64,000 bases of DNA from a virus. Both the position numbers and the translations under genes were made by a program. The notes beneath the pieces were generated by a model, which saw nothing but the letters and a program-made list of their open reading frames with translations, did not search any database and was not told where the DNA came from. Positions 50,111-58,444 of this stretch are shown here, in pieces. Each line of letters opens with the position of its first letter. Position 1 is the first letter of the stretch. Location: positions 1 to 64,000 of IMG/VR virus record IMGVR_UViG_3300028392_000059, one strand, 5' to 3'.

Positions 50111-50484
50111 GGTCTTTTCCTTTAAAGTAGAATATCAGCAGCACTGTTTTTCTTTTGTACAGGTTTTGGGCTAGTATCAAAAAGCTGCTGAAGTTGAGTT
50201 AATACGCTAGCTTCATCAAGTCGACATTGAACAAGATCAATACTATTATCAGCATCAATTACAGCAACAACATCAAGATGCTGAAGCGCAATACTGTACA
50301 ATGTCACTTGGAGATACCTCTCACGGCTAATAATAAGCCAATTAAGCATCAGCTTCCTCCTATGATTTTTCCATCTACTTTGAAAGTGGTTGCTCGTGGG
50401 TATACGTTCACGGTTGCTACACCGCAAGCAATATCTCGGGTATCTCGAAAGTCTATTTTGACGTTTAGGTGTTCGGGTATTTGT

Positions 50485-50709
50485 TTAAGTTTCTGAATTA
50501 ACTCGTTTAATAGCACGACGTTTCTCGCTCAAGAGTTTCTTTATTTGTGAAATAGCTTGTGCAAGTGTATTACCATAAGCATACACGAACCTGATATCAT
50601 CCGCCCATACTTCAATAATAAATTCCCCATTATATCCAATACTAGCACGTGTAGCTTTAAACATTTTAGTCAATTTGACTATATCTGCACCAACAATTTT
50701 AGTGTACAT
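50485..50709 (-). CDS. hypothetical protein
   Basis: 74-aa ORF in a tightly packed run. Confidence 0.5.
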   Translation of the reverse strand: MYTKIVGADIVKLTKMFKATRASIGYNGEFIIEVWADDIRFVYAYGNTLAQAISQIKKLLSEKRRAIKRVNSET

Positions 50710-50710
50710 A

Positions 50711-51313
50711 TCAAAACTCTATAAAGTAATTTGTGAACTCTTTTCCATTCTTAACGCTTACACGTGCAGACCAGAAACCACGAAGGTCACCCTCTTTAAG
50801 GACAACACACGCCTCTTTATAAGAAATACGTGCTTGGTCCATCAAAGCCTCTGTGAACAAACGGTGTGTGAGAGCAGAGTCACCCAAGATACGCTTTGCA
50901 CAAGCAAATAGCCGCCGCCTATCAAGGCCAGCCAAGGTATCAGTAAACTCGCGAGAAACAGTTTGATACTCATCGTTTTCATCTTTCGACCAGTACCTTC
51001 GTCGTTCACCCTCATTAATAAGCTCCGCACTCTTTTCATCAGTAAGTTCAAATTTCTTTGCAACTTCACTAATAAGTTTTTCATAAGTATAAGGACCAGC
51101 GTCAACAACGTCTTTGATGTTAACAAGTTTAAACGGCAGAGTAACATTATCTTTTGAAATCTCAAGAATAACGTATTCACCACCACTGTCAAGTGACAGC
51201 TTAGCTTTTTCTAGAACAGTATTAATAAACGTTTCATTGAATATGCTCATTACTGCTGGCTCTTGTTCTACGTACTGATACGTAACTGACCAATCGTACA
51301 TTATGGGTTCCAT
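50711..51313 (-). CDS. hypothetical protein
   Basis: 200-aa ORF. Confidence 0.6.
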   Translation of the reverse strand: MEPIMYDWSVTYQYVEQEPAVMSIFNETFINTVLEKAKLSLDSGGEYVILEISKDNVTLPFKLVNIKDVVDAGPYTYEKLISEVAKKFELTDEKSAELINEGERRRYWSKDENDEYQTVSREFTDTLAGLDRRRLFACAKRILGDSALTHRLFTEALMDQARISYKEACVVLKEGDLRGFWSARVSVKNGKEFTNYFIEF

Positions 51314-51537
51314 CGAACATGAGTGTGATCACCAGATTCAAAAGTCTTTAGCATTGCAGCAGCTTCTTCCTCTGTACGAAAGTAACCGCTATCTCGTGAG
51401 CCTGGTTCATCAAAACCAAATTCAGAATTATGGTAAGTTGTACCAACATAATAACCTGCTGGAGACTTCATTACTTTTAATTCGCTGTAACTATCAGCTT
51501 CTTCTAGATCAATTCGTGTTACTTGCAAACTTTTCAT
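51301..51537 (-). CDS. conserved small phage protein
   Basis: V.KSPAGYYVG...P.SR.S.YF.T.EEA. Confidence 0.7.
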   Translation of the reverse strand: MKSLQVTRIDLEEADSYSELKVMKSPAGYYVGTTYHNSEFGFDEPGSRDSGYFRTEEEAAAMLKTFESGDHTHVRWNP

Positions 51538-51706
51538 GGCTTTTCTTCATGAGTATATTCAACATAAACACACTTCATAACATAGGCTTTCTTTACATTT
51601 TGCGTGACAGCCCTAACGCGTGCTTCGCCAGCTTGGCATTCAAAAAGAGTTTCATAAGCGTGATACTGAGGTTGAAAACCAAGTATAAGTACTGCTGTTA
51701 ACCACA

Positions 51707-51928
51707 TTACGAATTCCTAATATCTGGAAGAAAGGGAACTTCAGATTCACCCCAAAATGTCCAACGCCACTTAGTGAAGCCTTTTTCACCGTCAGAAAGG
51801 TATGAACTATCAATCATACACTCAACACTTTCTGAACGTCGTTTAAGAAAACGAACAGGCAATGGCGGAACAGTAATAGTTTCAAGTGGTGCACCAAAGT
51901 CAAGTTGCGGCATAGATTTTTCTTTCAA
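51707..51928 (-). CDS. hypothetical protein
   Basis: 73-aa ORF. Confidence 0.45.
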   Translation of the reverse strand: MKEKSMPQLDFGAPLETITVPPLPVRFLKRRSESVECMIDSSYLSDGEKGFTKWRWTFWGESEVPFLPDIRNS

Positions 51929-51949
51929 TATTTACGTTGATTTCTTTTG

Positions 51950-52543
51950 TTACTTAACCTCATTAACTGCGTGCTTAATCTTCACATTTGCAGCAGCAAT
52001 ATCATTCGGGCAAGCTACACTAACAACAGTAGCAGGTAGACGATAGGGCGATGTAAACAGATTAGGCTCAGACATGCTAGTAGAAGCTTCACCTGTTTCG
52101 GGATCAATCATCTTGATAACGCTAGCCGAACCTGAAGACGGGTGGTAAAGACCATCAGGATCAGGCTGCGCCATCATGTATGTACCATCTGCTGTCATAT
52201 CGTCAGGACCAAAACGAAGGTACTGAGGGAACTCAGGCGCGGTAAACTGTGTACCCATAGAAATAGAATAACCTACCGCCTGACCAATACAGATGAACTT
52301 ACCGTCAAGCCCTTGCGCGTATACATACGTAAGGACAGTCTTGTCCATATCTTCGTATGCATCCTTCAGTACCTGACGCTGGGAGTAGTTGGTAACAGCA
52401 GGATAACCAACCTTACGATCACCAGCATTCATTGTACCACGAGTTGCCTTACCCTGACGCATTGCTGCAGGATCAGAAGTCTGCCAATCACCACAGGCAG
52501 AAAGAAGCGACATAAGAGCGACTGCAATAATAAACTTACGCAT
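51950..52543 (-). CDS. lipoprotein
   Basis: MRKFIIAVALMSLLSAC lipobox. Confidence 0.8.
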   Translation of the reverse strand: MRKFIIAVALMSLLSACGDWQTSDPAAMRQGKATRGTMNAGDRKVGYPAVTNYSQRQVLKDAYEDMDKTVLTYVYAQGLDGKFICIGQAVGYSISMGTQFTAPEFPQYLRFGPDDMTADGTYMMAQPDPDGLYHPSSGSASVIKMIDPETGEASTSMSEPNLFTSPYRLPATVVSVACPNDIAAANVKIKHAVNEVK

Positions 52544-52545
52544 GA

Positions 52546-52854
52546 TCAATATTCCTTTGCTTCAGTGATGCAAGTCTGGTTATCAGGGAGAACGATACCT
52601 TTGAAAGTATCTGCAGTCGTTCGAATGAGTGCTGCAAGTCCCTTCTTGTTACTGTCTTCCTTGTGAAACTCATAGCAATAATGTGAGAGATCGCGATTGA
52701 CACCTTCATTATATTCACGACTAGTGTCGTAAACTTGTGAACGTGTTTCTTCACGAACCTTTTGAATCTGTCGATCTGCAAAAAGGCCAAAGGATGTAAG
52801 TGCAAACCAAACAACGATAACAGCAAAAATGCCGAGGATAACATTTTTAATCAT
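52546..52854 (-). CDS. single-TM membrane protein
   Basis: N-terminal TM, then a helical domain with 2 Cys. Confidence 0.7.
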   Translation of the reverse strand: MIKNVILGIFAVIVVWFALTSFGLFADRQIQKVREETRSQVYDTSREYNEGVNRDLSHYCYEFHKEDSNKKGLAALIRTTADTFKGIVLPDNQTCITEAKEY

Positions 52855-53117
52855 ACAAGCTCCGTCCGTGTAACTGCATTTGTTTCAAGCACTTCAAGTG
52901 CCTGGAGAACATAAAACTTTTGGCCAGGGTTGTTGGCAGCTAAGCGTGTAGCTTCTGTAACAGCCGCTGCACGTGACTGATGGCGAACAGCAGGTGCTCT
53001 TCCACCTTCACCATACACCATGTAAAATGCTCGTGTCATAGTTTTCTTTTTCCTTTCTTCTGCCATACGCTCATTAAAATCGTATAGTGCTTGAACAGCA
53101 AGTGGATTAATGTCCAT
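52851..53117 (-). CDS. conserved small phage protein
   Basis: P..RH.S...A..EA.RLA..NPG..FYVL. Confidence 0.65.
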   Translation of the reverse strand: MDINPLAVQALYDFNERMAEERKKKTMTRAFYMVYGEGGRAPAVRHQSRAAAVTEATRLAANNPGQKFYVLQALEVLETNAVTRTELV

Positions 53118-53340
53118 TGAACAAGCTTTCAATAGTGTTAAGACTCGTACGAAATGCTTCAAGAGGAATAGTGTTAGCAAAAGTAATCACAATATCAGGC
53201 TCTACAACAGGCGCAAACAAACGTTCGCCTACTACGGCAAGTTCTTCATTCTTAAAGAACATGATAGCAGGCTGCATTTCACCATGATAACCTGCAACAA
53301 GCGTCCATTCACCGTTACCAACATTAATTTTAGTTTGCAA
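53107..53340 (-). CDS. hypothetical protein
   Basis: 77 aa, AGGA RBS. Confidence 0.55.
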   Translation of the reverse strand: MQTKINVGNGEWTLVAGYHGEMQPAIMFFKNEELAVVGERLFAPVVEPDIVITFANTIPLEAFRTSLNTIESLFNGH

Positions 53341-53815
53341 GCATATTTCCTAACGCAATAGCTGAGAGAATAAGTGCGACAATATAAGGCCACACTGGTG
53401 GTTCGTTTGGTGGAATTGTTGTAACGTCTTTATAGTGTTTAAAGAACACTTTGCCTTCATTATTATATTCTACAGTTATACAATTACTATCTGTAGATTT
53501 TTTAGGACGAAACAACATGCCATTAAAGAAACAATCGGAACGCGATTGATATGCTTTTTGCCACTTGATACCGTTGTCTAATGTAGCATCATGTTCTTTT
53601 GTTTCATGTACCAGGTTAGCACGTGCTTTATCACACTCTGTTTTGTAATGTGCAACAAGTGTTTGAAGACTAATAAGATGATTTGTGAGAAAATTCAAAA
53701 CATAGTACATTGTCAAATGACTTTGAACAACTGTACCATTGTTTGAAATTGTAAATTCTCGTCTACCTTCAATCTCTATTAACTCTCCTGAAGTAGTTTC
53801 AAAGGCTACTTTCAT
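53330..53815 (-). CDS. hypothetical protein with C-terminal TM
   Basis: GGAG RBS before MKVAFET; hydrophobic C-terminus. Confidence 0.55.
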   Translation of the reverse strand: MKVAFETTSGELIEIEGRREFTISNNGTVVQSHLTMYYVLNFLTNHLISLQTLVAHYKTECDKARANLVHETKEHDATLDNGIKWQKAYQSRSDCFFNGMLFRPKKSTDSNCITVEYNNEGKVFFKHYKDVTTIPPNEPPVWPYIVALILSAIALGNMLAN

Positions 53816-54110
53816 TGATTTTCTCCAGATACCAAAGATATGCTGTTGTTGCACCAATCAAACCTACCTTCCACCCTAGAAGCTTACCTTTCTTGTAAGC
53901 ATGGAGCGTCGGAGCAGCTACGATTTTACAACGATGCGCAATATCCGCGTAAGTATCAATATCAACTGTATAGATATCAGTCTCGACAATTTTAAGCCGA
54001 TTGAACAAATCCACTGAAGGACTTGCCCAATCGGCCCAAAATAATACTAAAGCTGTATCTAACGAAGATATTGTACTATCAAACGTATCAGATACAAGCG
54101 GTTTAAGCAT
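53799..54110 (-). CDS. thioredoxin-fold protein lacking both catalytic cysteines
   Basis: LVLFWADWASPS (vs WCGPC), VDID, IA....I..APTL..YK.G. Confidence 0.8.
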   Translation of the reverse strand: MLKPLVSDTFDSTISSLDTALVLFWADWASPSVDLFNRLKIVETDIYTVDIDTYADIAHRCKIVAAPTLHAYKKGKLLGWKVGLIGATTAYLWYLEKINESSL

Positions 54111-54410
54111 TTACAGTGTCTTCAACACTTCATCAACGTTTGCAAAAAGCGGATGGTTAGACTGCTCCAAAGCCTTGCGAATGACTTCCTGACGCTTATC
54201 AGAAGGCCAATTAATAGAACCTTGAATGACCACATTAAGAACGTCGGCAATCACTTCGATAGTGTTCTCAGGATGGATTGCGAAGTGCGCGGCCATAGTG
54301 TCTACTGAACTATTGACGTCAGAGGGTGTGACGACGACCGCCGGAGCACTGGAGGCATCCGCAGGTGCATTTCCCGCACCGTTGTCTTCCACGAAAAATT
54401 CTTCAGCCAT
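54111..54410 (-). CDS. hypothetical protein
   Basis: 99 aa, GAGGA RBS. Confidence 0.65.
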   Translation of the reverse strand: MAEEFFVEDNGAGNAPADASSAPAVVVTPSDVNSSVDTMAAHFAIHPENTIEVIADVLNVVIQGSINWPSDKRQEVIRKALEQSNHPLFANVDEVLKTL

Positions 54411-54603
54411 TAATCAATTCCTCTTCATTGGTGAAATCAAGATAATCATTGCGCATTGCAATCTTATCTTCTAGTGGCGCATTTAGATAGCCGTTGAAAC
54501 CATCTATATACTCTTGTGGTTTAGTGGATAGCAGCGGATTAAGCCCAAGATGAGCAGCATTCCATCCACTAGTGTATGTATCAGAAAATGGTGGCGTTGG
54601 CAT
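54403..54603 (-). CDS. hypothetical protein
   Basis: Y..GW.A / Y..GF repeats. Confidence 0.55.
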   Translation of the reverse strand: MPTPPFSDTYTSGWNAAHLGLNPLLSTKPQEYIDGFNGYLNAPLEDKIAMRNDYLDFTNEEELING

Positions 54604-54997
54604 ACGTTACACCATTATACCTAATTTTGAAAGTAGCACCTTCGTTATTCAACGCGTCTACAATACCATGAATATTAAAACGTGATACATGAATATAGAG
54701 TGTATTCAAAATATCTTGCACATCACGTTTTCTATCATCATTCAAAATGTTGTAACGCAACACGAGCGCATGAATAAGAGCATACAACGCTTTGTTAAGG
54801 TCGTTTACACCTTCATTTGTGACTTTGGAACCGTTACCCCATTTTGCATTTTTAAGTACCGTGTTTGCGACCTTAGTTGCAGCACGATACAGATGATTAG
54901 TGTCCATAGAGTATGGATCATTTAGGCGACCATTGCTGTCTACCCATTTAAAATCATGCGGGATTTTACCCTGCAAGATATGTGTGTTAATGAACAT
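54581..54997 (-). CDS. hypothetical protein
   Basis: 138 aa, GAGGA RBS. Confidence 0.65.
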   Translation of the reverse strand: MFINTHILQGKIPHDFKWVDSNGRLNDPYSMDTNHLYRAATKVANTVLKNAKWGNGSKVTNEGVNDLNKALYALIHALVLRYNILNDDRKRDVQDILNTLYIHVSRFNIHGIVDALNNEGATFKIRYNGVTYANATIF

Positions 54998-55012
54998 AGT
55001 GTATCCTCTAAA

Positions 55013-55086
55013 TGGTGCTCTTACTCAGAATCGAACTGAGATATCCGCGTTACAAAGGCGGCGCTCTACCATTGAGCTATAAGAGC
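55013..55086 (-). tRNA. trnT: tRNA-Thr(UGU), CCA encoded
   Basis: GCTCTTA/TAAGAGC acceptor stem, loop TTTGTAA, TTCGATT. Confidence 0.9.
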
Positions 55087-55087
55087 A

Positions 55088-55173
55088 TGGTGCGCATGAC
55101 TGGACTCGAACCAGCACGTCTAAAAGACACAAGATTTTAAGTCTCGGGCGTCTACCAATTCCGCCACACGCGC
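55088..55173 (-). tRNA. trnL: tRNA-Leu(UAA), CCA encoded
   Basis: GGCGGAATTGGTAGACGC D arm, loop CTTAAAA, long variable arm, TTCGAGT. Confidence 0.93.
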
Positions 55174-55179
55174 ACTGAG

Positions 55180-55560
55180 CTATAAGATCAAAAGCTTTTT
55201 ATACCAATCAGAGATATATGTGTAGATACTTGGAGCACATTCTCTTAAACGTGCCCTTCCTGTACCTATACCATCTTCTGGCCAGTAGACTGTTTTACCT
55301 GCTTTTAAATGACGTTGCAACTTCAAAAAAGCTGTATCAATTTTCACTTGCACTTTAAAGAAATCATCTTCAGAAAAGAATGCTTCAGCTTTATTACTCG
55401 GCAACCATTTTGTTGGGATACCTACAGTATTAGGCTCACCGCATGCTTCTTTAGCTTGACCACGCCACCCGTTACCTTGCATATTACTACCATACACAAA
55501 AATATCGTCTGGATGTGCTCTAATAAATTCTCTAGTGTAGTGTTTGATTTGCTTAATCAC
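55180..55560 (-). CDS. macro-like domain protein
   Basis: IFVYGSN..G.G..GQA, GIPTK, GIGTG.A. Confidence 0.7.
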   Translation of the reverse strand: MIKQIKHYTREFIRAHPDDIFVYGSNMQGNGWRGQAKEACGEPNTVGIPTKWLPSNKAEAFFSEDDFFKVQVKIDTAFLKLQRHLKAGKTVYWPEDGIGTGRARLRECAPSIYTYISDWYKKLLIL

Positions 55561-56112
55561 GCAGCTAACGACGCACTATTTGCATGATACGCAGTCGAAT
55601 GAATGAAGCCTGTCTCAGTGTAAAAACCCCAATCACGGTCTTTTTGCAATGATGCAAACACAGTCAAACAACCTGGCGATGTATCTACAATAGCATGAAC
55701 AGAACTACTATCACGTAGAATGATATCACCCTCATGGCGTCTTTCGACGCCAATGAACTTATTGCTACCTGTTTCATACACATTTTCATCGTACCAACCA
55801 GATACAATTAAAGATGCATTTGGCCACGGATGGCAATGAGGGTCATCACGATCAGGGCGCGCGTATTGATGAATATAAATGTTTTCTACTTCTGACGCCA
55901 TCACACCAAAGTAATGCAAAGGCATAGAAGGGTCATCATACACAGGTACCATAGCCTTACGACTCAACATCCATCGGTTAATGTATGGTGAACCGTTACG
56001 ACTAATGATTTGATTAGGCGTTCTACTATTAACAATGCCGCTAACAAAGTTTTGAGCAAAAACCTAAAAGGATAGGTGGAAGTGCTTCTCGCACAACAGT
56101 AAAGTCAGTCAT
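55557..56112 (-). pseudogene. cupin-fold protein interrupted by a +1 frameshift
   Basis: H....D...PHCHPW...S.I.SGWY.E...H.I; N-terminus MTDFTVVREALPP is out of frame at T5 (56058-56062). Confidence 0.65.
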
Positions 56113-56285
56113 TCAACAACCTTTAGTGGAGGTAGGCTTGCGCGTAATTCTCGACGCTCACTCCTAAGTCTTTGAAGTTCTATCGAAGCATCGTAATTAG
56201 TAGCCTTACCATCGCGCTGCTCTTTCTTGACAAACAGAATTCGATCTGATATTTGGTTTAATCTTTTGAGAGTATCCGTGACCAT
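56109..56285 (-). CDS. hypothetical helical protein (58 aa, not in track)
   Basis: MVTDTLKRLNQ...KVVE*; ATGA overlap with the cupin start. Confidence 0.5.
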   Translation of the reverse strand: MVTDTLKRLNQISDRILFVKKEQRDGKATNYDASIELQRLRSERRELRASLPPLKVVE

Positions 56286-56547
56286 ACATTAGCCTCTTAG
56301 CTTCGTCTCTACTAACACCTAAGTCTTTAGCAATGATATCATAAAAGCTTTTACCATGACAACGCACAGGTAGCATAATTTCTGCACAGGGATTTGTTTC
56401 AATCTGAGCAGAGCGACGATCACCAGCATTGTAAATAGCTTCGTATTCTTGCATAAACCTTACATCATCAATGCAATACTTACGATATTCATCAACCCAA
56501 ACGTCACGATTAAAGCTGTAAGACTCAAAGTCCCAAGTTAGAAAGGG
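56206..56547 (-). CDS. mosaic ORF of DNA polymerase- and RNR-like motif fragments (start unclear)
   Basis: frame open upstream of the Met at 56454: LTWDFESYS, YCIDDV, NPCAE, RDEAKRLMYG. Confidence 0.45.
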   Translation of the reverse strand, partial: PFLTWDFESYSFNRDVWVDEYRKYCIDDVRFMQEYEAIYNAGDRRSAQIETNPCAEIMLPVRCHGKSFYDIIAKDLGVSRDEAKRLMYGHGYSQKIKPNIRSNSVCQERAARW

Positions 56548-56810
56548 CTGCCAACAAGTTCGTTTACCTCTTTTTCGAAAGTAGTAATAGAATCAGTATC
56601 GAGCAAATGATCATCATCATCTGTAGCGAACGAAAACAGACGCGTATTAAGATCATTGACTTCAGCCAGCTTTTCGTTAAGCCTCTTAATTTCTGCTTCA
56701 ATACTGACAACAGATTTGTTCAAACGAACATGAGAGGCCTCAAGACGTTTAGCACCTTGATCGCGAGCGGCTTCACGAGTATCATTAAGATGTTCTTCAA
56801 AATATGACAT
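56538..56810 (-). CDS. coiled-coil hypothetical protein
   Basis: AAGGA RBS before MSYFEEH. Confidence 0.65.
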   Translation of the reverse strand: MSYFEEHLNDTREAARDQGAKRLEASHVRLNKSVVSIEAEIKRLNEKLAEVNDLNTRLFSFATDDDDHLLDTDSITTFEKEVNELVGSPF

Positions 56811-56833
56811 AAATATTCCTTTTATTTGCATTT

Positions 56834-56864
56834 AAAATGGGGAGACCAAATTAATGATCTCCCC
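56834..56864 (-). terminator. intrinsic terminator
   Basis: GGGGAGATCA-TTAATT-TGGTCTCCCC-ATTTT. Confidence 0.75.
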
Positions 56865-56874
56865 AAGGTATTGA

Positions 56875-57450
56875 TTACGCAGTGCCAGCAGGTGCTTCGG
56901 CAGCAGCCTTAGCTTCCTTCTCAGCCTTCTGCTTTGCACGGTAGGCTTCAAGTGCATTAACAGCATTCGGCGAAACTTCACGCTTCACAACACCAGCCTT
57001 ATAAGCGGCAAGGATAGGCTCCTTGTTCTCAATGATAAAGCCAGCAAGCTTTTCATTACCGTCAGCAGCAGTCGTGAGGATTTCAAGCGCAGCAGCACTC
57101 TTCTCTTCATCAGTCATGCGCTTAACCGACGGCCAACGGAACGAAGTAGCGATAGCCTCCGAATTGTCAATAATAAACTGGGTGTCCTTAGCACCAGCCT
57201 TAGTGACAGCGGCAAGAGCTGCTTCCAGCTTCTTGATATCGCTCTTGGTAACACGCTGAATAACGCCAGCTTCAAACGCGGTTTCCACAGTTTCCTGATT
57301 ATCAACCAGCCACGAAACAAGCTTATCGTTGTCTGCGATAAACGTCTTCAGGGCTTCTGTAATCTTCGGACGACGCATAAAGGCCATAGCTTCAGCCTTG
57401 GTCTCAAAGCTCTGATCGCCAACCTGGAAAACCTGCTTAAGTTCAGTCAT
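56875..57450 (-). CDS. probably abundant Ala/Lys/Glu-rich phage protein
   Basis: strong codon bias; own motif upstream and own terminator downstream; GAGGA RBS. Confidence 0.8.
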   Translation of the reverse strand: MTELKQVFQVGDQSFETKAEAMAFMRRPKITEALKTFIADNDKLVSWLVDNQETVETAFEAGVIQRVTKSDIKKLEAALAAVTKAGAKDTQFIIDNSEAIATSFRWPSVKRMTDEEKSAAALEILTTAADGNEKLAGFIIENKEPILAAYKAGVVKREVSPNAVNALEAYRAKQKAEKEAKAAAEAPAGTA

Positions 57451-57552
57451 GTTAATGTATTCCTCTAAACGATAAAAAATATGCACCCTACAATGTGGGC
57501 ATATCATAATGAGATAAGTGAATTATCCCGAAGTCCCTATCCCACAAGTGGG

Positions 57553-57568
57553 TTAATTTAACGGGGTC
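57553..57568 (-). promoter_or_regulatory. putative phage promoter (GACCCCGTTAAATTAA)
   Basis: exact copy of the motif. Confidence 0.8.
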
Positions 57569-57736
57569 CGGGAGGGTTGGCCACTTGGCTCGTAATCGTT
57601 CAGACAAAAGAAAGCGAGTTGCCCAGACTTATATAGCTCGCACGCTTGTAACAGATCTTTAGTATTTCGTAGCACAGCTGACGGTATATGTGTGCTCAGT
57701 GTCTAGAATACTTTAAGAAAGTTACGGGCACTTAGG

Positions 57737-58018
57737 TTACGTTGTAATCTTCAACTGAGTATTGATACGATCCCTAATATCAACAGCAATCGCGTGCCAC
57801 AGCTGAGGTGACACAATTGCCATACTTTCAGGATCTTCTGGTCCAGGCGCACTAGCAGCTACCGTAGTAGAGTAATGCCGGATAGCTTCCATAATGAACG
57901 CTTGACACATACCACCATAAGGTGATACATTCATAATGTTCAAAATAAAACCTTCATTAGTATTAAAACGAGGTTGCTTTGCTCGCTCTACTCGAATTGC
58001 ATCTTGGATTGAAGTCAA
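57737..58018 (-). CDS. hypothetical protein
   Basis: 93-aa ORF. Confidence 0.6.
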   Translation of the reverse strand: MTSIQDAIRVERAKQPRFNTNEGFILNIMNVSPYGGMCQAFIMEAIRHYSTTVAASAPGPEDPESMAIVSPQLWHAIAVDIRDRINTQLKITT

Positions 58019-58233
58019 GTTCTTTTCCCTGCAAAGTCTTCAGGTATGATATAACCCAGCATAATACCATCGCAAAACCACATACCCCAGCCAGCTTTAA
58101 TGATTTCTTCACAAGACCATTTACGACCAGCAGAGTCAATCCAACGATAGCAATGCCAGAAGAATGCTGGAAACTTACAGTGTCGCTGGATCATATGATA
58201 AGCAATGCCGCGATAAAGCTCAGGTGAGTACAC
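58015..58233 (-). CDS. hypothetical protein
   Basis: 72-aa ORF. Confidence 0.45.
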   Translation of the reverse strand: MYSPELYRGIAYHMIQRHCKFPAFFWHCYRWIDSAGRKWSCEEIIKAGWGMWFCDGIMLGYIIPEDFAGKRT

Positions 58234-58444
58234 CTACAATATCCTTTGGATGTTCTACAGAAGCCTTAATGTAAGAGCCGTCTGCAAAGTACGTGTCAAG
58301 CTTACCATTATCAGAAATGATAAATTGAGACGTTTCACTTACTTTTGCGAAGTCACGAGTGTTACGTTGACCTGCCATCTTTCGAATAACAGAGACTTTA
58401 CGACCTTCTCGTGTCTTGTACGTTTTACCAACTTCAATTTGCAT
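58220..58444 (-). CDS. conserved small phage protein
   Basis: IEVGKTYKTREGRKV...DG......DIV. Confidence 0.65.
   Translation of the reverse strand: MQIEVGKTYKTREGRKVSVIRKMAGQRNTRDFAKVSETSQFIISDNGKLDTYFADGSYIKASVEHPKDIVGVLT

Noticed and set aside
57655-57715. Hammerhead-like pieces (CTGA...GAAA)
   Set aside because: Core reads CTGAGCA rather than CTGANGA, and stem I cannot form
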